A DNA stretch of 64,000 nt from Candidatus Hermodarchaeota archaeon (GTDB lineage: Archaea > Asgardarchaeota > Thorarchaeia > Thorarchaeales > Thorarchaeaceae): contig JBHLLF010000012.1 of the NCBI GenBank assembly GCA_048885865.1, positions 16,106-80,105 on the forward strand, in the 5' to 3' direction. Below, piece by piece: positions 9,257-17,966 of the stretch. The notes beneath the pieces were generated by a model. That model had not been told where the DNA came from and searched no databases. It saw only the letters and a program-made list of their open reading frames with translations. Positions within the stretch are counted from its first letter, which is position 1. Each line of letters begins with the position of its first letter. A program made the position numbers and the translations under genes.

Positions 9257-11305
9257 GTGCTGTTTTTTAGGCAACATACTGACCGGGGTTTGGTGGGTTT
9301 CTTGAGCCAAAGGACATTAGCATCAGTCATTGCCTGCGCATGTATTGTATTCGCCCTTGTCGCACCTGTTTCTGCATTCTACTTCGAATTCCACTACTTC
9401 GAAACTGACAAGCTAGCGTATGAAGTAGGTGAAACAATAAACATGGTTGCTGAACTTATTGCTGATTTCAGTGGAGATGGGTGGTGCTATGTGTCGTTTG
9501 CAGTAGTGACCGATCAAGGTCCTGTATTCTCAGATCTCTATTATATCTCACCCTCAATTGACGTACGACACTTCAATTCATCCTACACCATCCTCCCAGG
9601 AGACACCTCACCAGGAGTAAATGGCACCCAAGCCTATGTAATCTTCAATGTCGAGATCTATGACTCCTATTCACAGGGCGAGGGAGATACTGTTGTTGTG
9701 AATATAACAAGGGGCCATCTTGGTGTTCTTCCGCTATCACCTTTGAACATTGAATTCAACAAAAATTCCACCCTTGCCTTTAAAGTTGCAAGTACACACA
9801 ACCAGTCCATTCCATACAGGAACAGCCCTGTGACAGTCACACTTCTCAATTCGACATCTGATTCAATACTAGAAATTGATACGACAACATCCTCGGACGG
9901 AGAAATATGGATTAACTGGACTGAAACCACAGGCCCTCCTGGTGATTATACAGTTACAATAGCAGGTAATGGAACGGAGAGCTTCCTTCCCTTTTCAGAT
10001 TCTTTCCCCCTCGTAGCAACAAGAGCGATTTCCAATCTAACAATCTTGTCTGCACCACCATCAATTCATTGCCAAACACCAGATGGCAGTCAAACCGAAT
10101 CCGCTGACATATTGGTAGATCAGAAGACGCAAGACGGTCAGCTGATTTCTGATAGTACGATTCTGTGGACTACGACCTTTTCTTCGGGTACAATGAACAA
10201 ACTTGGTAACGGACTCTACAGTGTGTCAATACCATTCACTGTCAAACCAGGCCTATATAGTGTGAATCTTACAGCAATCAACCCTCTTTATCGAAATGAA
10301 TCTGAATCGGTCACAATTGATGTGATTCCCTATGATGTTCATCTTTCAACAGCAAATGCTACGTGGTATGCCAAGCGAGGAAACAATGTTACCTTGATTG
10401 TAAGTATCAATTCCACCTTACTGCAGAGCCAGCTAATTCCAATAGAAATCTTTGATTCAATTGGAGAAATCAATGTCACTGTATCAGTCATTGCTAACAG
10501 TCAAGCGGAAGTTACACTCTCTATCAGCAGCGATACATCACTAGGTTCTCATTCAATGTCCATTGAAATACTCGAAAGTGCGTACAGCGTTCAGAATCTC
10601 CTTGACCTGAAAATCAATGTTCATGGAGTCATCGATGTTGATGTCGTGTTCAACTTAGTCTATTATGGGGAGATTACTCAGGTCGATATCAATGCTACAG
10701 ATGATAATGGCCAGAGTGTTGGGTTCATTGATTTGAGAATCTATGCTGATTCAGCCCTTACACCCTTTTTCACAATTAGCAATGCAGATGCCACGTCCCC
10801 AATAGAAGTTCCCTTTTTGTTCGATATCTATCCTGGATCACACACTCTTCATTTGTACATAAGCAGTCCTTGGTGTGAAGAAGCAAATATCTCAGAATCC
10901 ATGACCGTCTGGATGAGAACTAGCATTGTGATAATCATTGGGGACTCCACTTCTCCTGGACCTATATCTCCCTCTCCTACAGACTATGACTCGGATCTTA
11001 TTCTCTCCACGATTTCATTCGGCTCAATCAGCAATCCTCCACCAATCTTAGTGAGTGAAACCACGTCGATAGAGTTGCCAACTGCTCTTGAAACCTCTCT
11101 GGAGAGCTGTCCTAGACTAAGCTCCGGCACTAGCAATCGATCAACTGATTCAGCAAATTCTCTTATCTCAGAGTCTGGAAACGGCCATGCAGTTCTCAAA
11201 CGCAACGATCTCAGAGGAGGGACTCCTGAACTCCTAGCAATCAACTCTTCTACCGATCTTGATGTGCACCCATACGATATAATTCCCCATTCAGCTGACT
11301 CTTGA
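9257..11305 (+). CDS. Secreted Ig-like repeat surface protein; 3' end overlaps korA antisense
   Basis: Signal peptide (..VFALVAPVSAF), beta-rich repeats, many NxS/T sequons. True start probably ~9302. Confidence 0.7.
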   Translation: MLFFRQHTDRGLVGFLSQRTLASVIACACIVFALVAPVSAFYFEFHYFETDKLAYEVGETINMVAELIADFSGDGWCYVSFAVVTDQGPVFSDLYYISPSIDVRHFNSSYTILPGDTSPGVNGTQAYVIFNVEIYDSYSQGEGDTVVVNITRGHLGVLPLSPLNIEFNKNSTLAFKVASTHNQSIPYRNSPVTVTLLNSTSDSILEIDTTTSSDGEIWINWTETTGPPGDYTVTIAGNGTESFLPFSDSFPLVATRAISNLTILSAPPSIHCQTPDGSQTESADILVDQKTQDGQLISDSTILWTTTFSSGTMNKLGNGLYSVSIPFTVKPGLYSVNLTAINPLYRNESESVTIDVIPYDVHLSTANATWYAKRGNNVTLIVSINSTLLQSQLIPIEIFDSIGEINVTVSVIANSQAEVTLSISSDTSLGSHSMSIEILESAYSVQNLLDLKINVHGVIDVDVVFNLVYYGEITQVDINATDDNGQSVGFIDLRIYADSALTPFFTISNADATSPIEVPFLFDIYPGSHTLHLYISSPWCEEANISESMTVWMRTSIVIIIGDSTSPGPISPSPTDYDSDLILSTISFGSISNPPPILVSETTSIELPTALETSLESCPRLSSGTSNRSTDSANSLISESGNGHAVLKRNDLRGGTPELLAINSSTDLDVHPYDIIPHSADS

Positions 11306-12120
11306 CCTGAAACTACCACATCTGTAAGAAGCGTCCGTTCATTCTGAATTTTCGTTGAGATCCTACGAATCAATTTGTCATGTACTTCAGGATCCGATGT
11401 CCTTCGATAGCCATATTCATCATGCGTTGACCCAGTGACAAGCAGGTTGTGGCCTTCACCGAACCTTGGCATTTGCATCCAACCATTCTCATTGAATCCA
11501 TCAAATGGAGGAATTCCCACCTTTGCATACCTTCGCTGAACCTCAAGACTTTCCTTTGTGTTCACAACAACTCTCTCTCGAGAATGTCCCACGATTTCAT
11601 CTGAAAGAATTACCACTGGATGTCTAAGCTTCTCCGAGAGATGAAAGGCACGCAACGTGAGTTCGAACGTTTCCTGTGCAGAATTAGGACAAAGCACCAC
11701 GCTCTCAACGTCACCGTGTGTACCCCATCTTGATTGCTGGAAATCTCCCTGTGCGCCTTTTGTAGCCTGCCCAGTGCTAGGTCCTGCACGCTGGACATCT
11801 ACAATGACACAAGGAGTTTCAGTCATAATTGCATATCCTATGTTTTCCTGCATGAGACTAAAACCAGGGCCGGATGTTGCCGTCATTGACAAGGTGCCGC
11901 CCCATGAGGCACCGATTACTGCAGATATCGCACCTATCTCATCCTCCATTTGAAGATAGGTCCCTCCGACACTTGGAAGACTCTCTGCCATTATTTCTGC
12001 AATCTCAGAGGCTGGAGTGATTGGATAGCCAGCAAAGAACCGGCATCCTGCTGCAATTGCAGCTTCGGCACATGCCTGATTTCCCTGCCAGAAGTTGACT
12101 GATAAATCGCGACCGGCCAT
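10984..12120 (-). CDS. korA: 2-oxoacid:ferredoxin oxidoreductase alpha subunit
   Basis: GNxA, AGYPITPASE, QMEDE, TATSGPGFSL, VQRAGPSTG motifs. Confidence 0.93.
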   Translation of the reverse strand: MAGRDLSVNFWQGNQACAEAAIAAGCRFFAGYPITPASEIAEIMAESLPSVGGTYLQMEDEIGAISAVIGASWGGTLSMTATSGPGFSLMQENIGYAIMTETPCVIVDVQRAGPSTGQATKGAQGDFQQSRWGTHGDVESVVLCPNSAQETFELTLRAFHLSEKLRHPVVILSDEIVGHSRERVVVNTKESLEVQRRYAKVGIPPFDGFNENGWMQMPRFGEGHNLLVTGSTHDEYGYRRTSDPEVHDKLIRRISTKIQNERTLLTDVVVSGQESAEWGIISYGCTSRSVEELIARSSGVPPLRSLRLRTAWPFPDSEIREFAESVDRLLVPELSLGQLSREVSRAVGNSIDVVSLTKIGGGLLIEPNEIVERIRSES

Positions 12121-12225
12121 GAAGTATAATCCTCAGGGCGGCTGTCCCACAAGTCCTTGATAAGCGTTGACTTGGAGTACTTTGCCGATAGTCTTTTATC
12201 ATGCACCACAAGGATGGCCTCTTCA

Positions 12226-12329
12226 GCGGCCGTAGTCTAGCCTGGTTAGGACGGAGGCCTCCCAAGCCTCCAACCCGGGTTCGAATCGACATACGACTCT
12301 CGCGTGTTGAGATAATCCCGGCGGCCGCA
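12226..12329 (+). tRNA. tRNA-Gly(CCC) with 30-nt T-loop intron (~58/59; about 12285-12314)
   Basis: GCGGCCGTAGTCTAGCCTGGTTAGGACGGAGGCCTCCCAAGCCTCCAACCCGGGTTCGA[intron]ATCCCGGCGGCCGCA. Junction ambiguous because AATC is repeated. Confidence 0.92.
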
Positions 12330-12374
12330 CATTCTTTTCGTCAGACTTAAGGACAAGTAGACTAAGTTGAGAGC

Positions 12375-12447
12375 GGCGAGTGATGACTGCCATGACCCCA
12401 ATGAGTCCAGAGTGACGATGATATGGATCTTGAGTAACGAGCTCGCC
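12375..12447 (+). ncRNA. Candidate C/D box guide sRNA
   Basis: Terminal stem GGCGAG/CTCGCC; C box GTGATGA, D' ATGA (12401), C' GTGACGA (12412), D-like TTGA (12430); guides of ~11-14 nt. Confidence 0.55.
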
Positions 12448-12551
12448 ACTATTACTTTCGGCTAGCACCACTTCTCGCATACATTTAATCGAACAATTCG
12501 CATAACTCTTTTAAGTTGCTGATTTGTTTCTATTTCGGACTGGGATGACTC

Positions 12552-13745
12552 ATGACGCGTGACTATGTGGAAGACGAACTGAGTCGACAGAGTGTATTCA
12601 AGTCGGAGCAATTGCTGTCCATCGACTATGTTCCAGAAACTCTCCCACATAGAGAGTCTGAGTTGAGGAAGCTTGCCCAGAGTTTCAAGACACTAATTGC
12701 CTCTCCAGGTCGCGCAAGTCAGAAGTTTATTATCGAGGGTCCAGTGGGCACCGGAAAGACAGCTGTGACTAAGCGCTTTGCAGAGCAAATGGTTAAAGCA
12801 GCTGCCCGCCGTGGCATACAACTGCACAAACTGCACATAAACTGCAGAGTGAGTAAGAGTACCTATCTTGTGTATTTGCGGGTGTTGAGGGAGTTTAAAC
12901 CAAGATTTCCCCGACGAGGCCATTCACCTGAAGAAATTCTGCAGATGGTTGTGGAAGTACTTGATGAAGAAGATAGATACCTTCTATTGATACTTGATGA
13001 GCTCGACTATTTCATTAGACAACGAGGAGCAGACATTCTCTACGATTTGACTAGGCTGATGGATGACAGGTTGAATGCCCCTCAGCGTTTGTCTGTAATT
13101 GGAGTGGGGAGGAAGATACCCCTTGATGAGAGCATCTTGGATCAAAGCACGTTGAGCACACTTCAAAGAAACATACTTCGTTTTGATCAATATGCATCTA
13201 GCGCCCTATATGATATTCTAAAGGAACGAGCAGATATGGCATTTGAGAAGGATGTCGTTATGGATGAAACACTGCAGCTTATCTGCGACATTGCCTCAGA
13301 ACGTGGAGATGCTCGTTATGCAATCGAGCTACTGTGGCGTGCAGGAAAACAAGCCGATAGTGCAGATTCCCGAAAGGTGATTCCTGATTATGCTCGCAAG
13401 GCCAAGGCAGACACACATCCCGAGTTGAGGAAAGAGGTGTTCGCAACTATCCCACGACAGAATATACTTCTTCTCCTAGCAGCTGCAAGACAGCTCAAGG
13501 TGAATCGAGGCGCCTATATCACAATGGGTGAGCTCGAAGAGATGTATCGCCCGATATGCGAGGAGTATGGCGAAGAGCCAAGAGCGCACACCCAGATCTG
13601 GGAATGGGTACAGGATCTACATGCGCATGGTCTTCTGGACACAAAACGTTCAGGTACTGGCCAGAGAGGCCAGACAACCCTGATAGGTCTCTCTGATGTA
13701 CCAGCTGAGATGTTGGAACAACATCTGCTCGATCTACTTACCTGA
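12552..13745 (+). CDS. cdc6: Orc1/Cdc6 replication initiator (paralog A)
   Basis: YVPETLPHRE, GPVGTGKT, LDELD, GDARYAI, C-terminal wHTH GQRGQT. Confidence 0.95.
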   Translation: MTRDYVEDELSRQSVFKSEQLLSIDYVPETLPHRESELRKLAQSFKTLIASPGRASQKFIIEGPVGTGKTAVTKRFAEQMVKAAARRGIQLHKLHINCRVSKSTYLVYLRVLREFKPRFPRRGHSPEEILQMVVEVLDEEDRYLLLILDELDYFIRQRGADILYDLTRLMDDRLNAPQRLSVIGVGRKIPLDESILDQSTLSTLQRNILRFDQYASSALYDILKERADMAFEKDVVMDETLQLICDIASERGDARYAIELLWRAGKQADSADSRKVIPDYARKAKADTHPELRKEVFATIPRQNILLLLAAARQLKVNRGAYITMGELEEMYRPICEEYGEEPRAHTQIWEWVQDLHAHGLLDTKRSGTGQRGQTTLIGLSDVPAEMLEQHLLDLLT

Positions 13746-13756
13746 AGGGGGGTTTC

Positions 13757-14050
13757 ATGATTTCTACTAATACTGATGACGGATTTCGAGTACCAATAGA
13801 GGAACTATTCTCTTCAAGAGGGAGAATCAAGATAATAAAAGAACTAGCCACCTCCAGCGAGCTGAATATATCCGAACTCTGCCGGAGAGTTTCCTTGAAT
13901 CATAGCTCGACCAAATCGCATCTCGAGGTACTTATCAAATCAGGTCTAGTCGAGGAAAAGATGTTTGGGAGAATCAAAATCTACCGCTATCGGATAGAGG
14001 ACCACAGGGCACGAGCCTTACGCAACCTGTTTGGACTATGGCAGTCATGA
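13757..14050 (+). CDS. ArsR-like winged-helix protein
   Basis: FSSRGRIKII..LNISELCRRVSLNHS..HLEVL..GLVEEK.FGRIKIY. Confidence 0.85.
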   Translation: MISTNTDDGFRVPIEELFSSRGRIKIIKELATSSELNISELCRRVSLNHSSTKSHLEVLIKSGLVEEKMFGRIKIYRYRIEDHRARALRNLFGLWQS

Positions 14051-14066
14051 CTAAGAGGTCTGCTAA

Positions 14067-14906
14067 TTGCACTCCTATATTGCACGTCTCTTCTATCTTG
14101 GAGATGCCTATCATGGGTCTCAATTTCAGCCGAATCTCAAAACCATACAGGGTGAACTCATTGATGCGTTGAATCGTTGGGACTCGGGGAGTAAAGACGG
14201 CTATACTACTCAGACGGTCCAACTCTCGGGTCGTACCGACCGAGGAGTGCATAGCATAGGTCAAATTGTTATGATAAACGGGGAAAGGAAGCTGGAGATA
14301 GATAAAGTAAACAGATACCTACCGCCTGATATTGCATTGTGGGCATATGCCATAGCTCCACCCAATTTCAATCCTCGATATGATGTGCTTATGAGACATT
14401 ATAGATACTATCTTGATACAAATCCGTCTGATGTGAATCTCCAAGCGATGAGAACTGCCATACAGCTATTATCCGGAACCCGTGATTTCTCTCATCTCTC
14501 CAAGCCAGATGGTGACAGACCAACTACAACCACGATTATCAATGCAAGTCTCCTGAAATCGGATGACAGCATTACTCTGGATATCTTTGGCACCAACTTC
14601 CTTTGGAAGCTAATCAGAAAGACAGTATCACTGCTTGAACAGATTGGAGCTGGCACTATGGACATTCAGACCTATTCAGATCATCTCAATGGCCATAACA
14701 TGATTCCAGGAGGTATTGAGCCTGCTCCACCAGAATGCTTGGTACTAGTGGAAACAGCGATACCAATTCGCATGACCACTAGTAAGTATGCAATTTCAAG
14801 GGTGCGGAAGGAGTTGAGAGTCCATTTGAACTATCTCAAAAGATCCAGACGTACACTAAGTGCAATTAGTGATGACTTCATCTTTCATCAAAGAAACCCT
14901 TCTTGA
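14067..14906 (+). CDS. truA: tRNA pseudouridine(38-40) synthase
   Basis: YxGxxYHGSQxQP, GRTDRGVH, RHYRY, FLWKLIR. Confidence 0.93.
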   Translation: MHSYIARLFYLGDAYHGSQFQPNLKTIQGELIDALNRWDSGSKDGYTTQTVQLSGRTDRGVHSIGQIVMINGERKLEIDKVNRYLPPDIALWAYAIAPPNFNPRYDVLMRHYRYYLDTNPSDVNLQAMRTAIQLLSGTRDFSHLSKPDGDRPTTTTIINASLLKSDDSITLDIFGTNFLWKLIRKTVSLLEQIGAGTMDIQTYSDHLNGHNMIPGGIEPAPPECLVLVETAIPIRMTTSKYAISRVRKELRVHLNYLKRSRRTLSAISDDFIFHQRNPS

Positions 14907-16086
14907 CCTCTAGCCAATCCGAGAAGACTCCTTTCAATCGAGGATTCCTTCTGACCATCTCCAATATTGCATTCCTATAAACAGGTGCTGTTCTCCTTCC
15001 AGAGATTGAAGCGATTCTAGAGAGTTTTAAGAAAAGGTCTGATTCCTTGTCTCGTTTTCTATTCCCCCGCCAAACCAACATTGGCCAAGCTGGCTGAGAA
15101 TACTCAACATTCCTATATGGCGTCACTTTTCTGCTTGTCGAAATTCCAACCGCCAAGAAGTCATACACATAGGCCAGCAGTTTCCAGTTTTGCCGCCTCC
15201 AAATTCGTCCAAGTGATAAATCAGCAAGGGAGAGAAATTCAAAACCTTGGTCTAGTTCTTCCGGAGTCGTGAGGTGAAGATGTACATTCTCCTCAAGCCA
15301 AAGAAGCAGTTGATTGTGGTCCATATCCAATTCTGAAACAACACGTTTGGCAGATTCTGGGTCTGTAGTCATAAACAGCCGTCCAAAGGCTTCTCTAACC
15401 TCACGACGTACATCACGTGATGGCAGTCCCACATCAGATGTGCGTCCGCTTACAGAAAGTGTTTCAAGATCTGATATTGCAGCTCGAAGATCGCCCCCAG
15501 CCCTATCAACAATTCCCTCTAACACGTCGTCAGAGAACACAGATTCATGTGCAGCTGCAATTTCTCTGATGACAGTTACCATATCACTTTGTTCAATTGG
15601 GTCGAACATGAACACCTTGCAGACCTTCACCAAATCCTTGAGGCGTAAGCTGTTTGGATCATTTGCTGTCATTATAATGGGATGGACTGTGTCTTCAACG
15701 ATTTTCAGAATCGCACCCACCCCTCCTCGATCACTAGTCCCGGAGAGCCCGTCTACCTCGTCTAGGAGAAGAAGACGAAGTCTACCGTCCAGAGTCTGTT
15801 GCGTTGCCGCTTTCCATACTTGATTTTCGATAGTACCCTTGTTTCGCTTATCGCTTGAATTGAACTCTACCAGTTCTAGGTCGTAGTCATGAGAGAGCGC
15901 ACCAACAGAAGCAGTCTTTCCCACACCCGGAGGGCCAATCAATAATGCCGCTTTCTTACTAGGCAATCCGTCAATCCAAGACTGGATCCACTTCTTCAGC
16001 TCTCTTATCGTATCGACGTTGCCAGCTACCTGCTTGAGACTTGTAGGTCGGTGGAGTTCTGGCCAAGGCAGGTTTCTGTGTTTCAT
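14878..16086 (-). CDS. rfcL: Replication factor C large subunit
   Basis: RP..GPPGVGKT, EFNSSDKR, DEVDGL, GDLRAAI, WLEEN. Confidence 0.93.
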   Translation of the reverse strand: MKHRNLPWPELHRPTSLKQVAGNVDTIRELKKWIQSWIDGLPSKKAALLIGPPGVGKTASVGALSHDYDLELVEFNSSDKRNKGTIENQVWKAATQQTLDGRLRLLLLDEVDGLSGTSDRGGVGAILKIVEDTVHPIIMTANDPNSLRLKDLVKVCKVFMFDPIEQSDMVTVIREIAAAHESVFSDDVLEGIVDRAGGDLRAAISDLETLSVSGRTSDVGLPSRDVRREVREAFGRLFMTTDPESAKRVVSELDMDHNQLLLWLEENVHLHLTTPEELDQGFEFLSLADLSLGRIWRRQNWKLLAYVYDFLAVGISTSRKVTPYRNVEYSQPAWPMLVWRGNRKRDKESDLFLKLSRIASISGRRTAPVYRNAILEMVRRNPRLKGVFSDWLEVKKGFFDER

Positions 16087-17039
16087 GATTTACCCCGTTC
16101 CAGTCCTATATGCGCTAATAGTGCACTCAGCTGGACTTCTCCACTTGCTCCCTCTCCTATCCGAAACTCGACTTCTGCAGCCCTCTCAAGAATCAGCATC
16201 TTTTGATCCTCTGCCATGTCCAGCTTTAACACTTCTCTATGCAGTTGTCTTGCCAAATCTACGGGGGACACTCCCTGCTGGTAGATGAGTACTCTAAGTT
16301 TCTCTAGAGAGTCCTCATAGTTCGCATCAGCTGAGTCCAGCATCTCCCTAATCGCCTTGGGGTTTGCTCTTCCCGCTATTGAGTAGACTATTGTATCATC
16401 CACCTTTTCTCCTGCAGATGCAGATGCTTGAAGAAGGTTGATAGCAGCCCGCATGTCCCCTTCTGCGAGATAGAGTATAGCCTTGGTCCCACTTACGTTG
16501 ACAGAAACTTTCTCCTTTTTCGCAATGAATTTGAGCCTCTCAGCCATTGAGTCATCATTTAATCGGGCAAATCTGAATATCGCACATCTGGATTGAATTG
16601 GTGGAATAATCCTGCTCGAATAGTTGCATATCAATATCATTCTGCACGAGCTCGCATACGATTCCATCGTCCGTCTTAATGCATGTTGAGCGTCAGCAGT
16701 AAGATGGTCTGCCTCATCTAGGACCAGAATCTTGAAGGGTGCATCTCCCGCTGGCATGGTCCTGGCGAAGTTCTTTATCTGATTCCTGACGACATCAATA
16801 CCTCTCTCATCACTTGCATTTAGTTCCATGAAGTTACGATCAAAGGTGTCGTCAAAGAGATCTCTTGCCATCGCCATTGCAGCGGTAGTCTTGCTTGTGC
16901 CTGGCGGTCCGCTGAATAGACAATGCGGTACATTCCTGTTCTCCACGAATTTGGTTAGGCTCTCAATAATCGATTCTTGTCCAATAATCTCCCCGAGAGT
17001 GGGAGGGCGATATTTCTCTGTCCAGAGGTCCAAGTCCAT
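16083..17039 (-). CDS. rfcS: Replication factor C small subunit
   Basis: WTEKYRP, ELNASDERG, DEAD, ALRRTME, SRC; no intein. Start taken at MDLDLW. Confidence 0.95.
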   Translation of the reverse strand: MDLDLWTEKYRPPTLGEIIGQESIIESLTKFVENRNVPHCLFSGPPGTSKTTAAMAMARDLFDDTFDRNFMELNASDERGIDVVRNQIKNFARTMPAGDAPFKILVLDEADHLTADAQHALRRTMESYASSCRMILICNYSSRIIPPIQSRCAIFRFARLNDDSMAERLKFIAKKEKVSVNVSGTKAILYLAEGDMRAAINLLQASASAGEKVDDTIVYSIAGRANPKAIREMLDSADANYEDSLEKLRVLIYQQGVSPVDLARQLHREVLKLDMAEDQKMLILERAAEVEFRIGEGASGEVQLSALLAHIGLERGKS

Positions 17040-17233
17040 TTGATTCCCATCCAGTCGTAGGCTGCGGTGACAATCTTCTGCTGTTCTTAAAAGCTTCTCC
17101 GGAAGCATCAGTCAATTGGAAACAGAAGTCTAACTCATTAGACAATACCCCTGTCAGACTAAAAGGAGCACCATTATTCATGCTTTAGCACAAGTTCTTA
17201 TGGTACGCCAATCAATCGAAAATTGTGTGCACA

Positions 17234-17827
17234 ATGAGTTCTCAACGCGACTCCAAGACTGTGAGAGACCGATTTGCAATGCAGTTTCTAAACGAAACCC
17301 GTAGGTGTTTCTTTCGTGAGGATGTGCCAGAGATCACGATAGGAGGAGAAAAACTAGGTCCTTTCAAAGCCGAAACTGCGGCGCAACTTCCGAATTGGGC
17401 AATCGAGAAGCTCACTGTCTATGATTTTGTTGACTTGGATGTCAGTGATACGTATGATTCTTTTCGGTCCTTTCAAAACCTGTATAATACAGAGAGAGAG
17501 GACCCCAAATTACAGAGTCTTTATGATAAAAAGAATGAGCGGCCCAAATTGCTTTATTCTGCTCTCATTCGAAAGATGAGCCAGCTACAAAGTGACAAGA
17601 CCTCAATGGAACCGCGTCGTTATGCTGATATTAAGAAGATGAGCACAATGCTCAGAATTCTGACCGAAACTCGTTTGTCTAAACTAATACGCGCTGCAAA
17701 ACCCGAGTCTGGCGTAAGTCAAGATAACCGGAAGAGAATGTCGCGAGAAGAAAGGTGGCTCGCAGATGAACTCTACTCTCTACTCTCTGCTTGGCGCGAA
17801 ATGGTGAGAGAAAAGACCATAGTCTGA
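17234..17827 (+). CDS. GINS complex subunit Gins23 (Psf2/Psf3-like)
   Basis: N-terminal B domain (EDVPEI..GPFKA..LPNW) then helical A domain (RLSKL..MSREE); directly upstream of mcm. Confidence 0.8.
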   Translation: MSSQRDSKTVRDRFAMQFLNETRRCFFREDVPEITIGGEKLGPFKAETAAQLPNWAIEKLTVYDFVDLDVSDTYDSFRSFQNLYNTEREDPKLQSLYDKKNERPKLLYSALIRKMSQLQSDKTSMEPRRYADIKKMSTMLRILTETRLSKLIRAAKPESGVSQDNRKRMSREERWLADELYSLLSAWREMVREKTIV

Positions 17828-17966
17828 AGAACGTCCAACAGCTCTGACAGAGTTAAAAGGCAAGCTCACAACTAACGAGAACGGGTTTTAATATCTGACC
17901 CCTACAGACACAGTGTGAGAGTCGTGTGACATCACTAGGACTACATCTGGAGTGTTCTGACTAATC

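Noticed and set aside
12448-12551. Replication origin upstream of the first cdc6
   Set aside because: AT-rich, but no TCCAnTGGA box; reads as a promoter.
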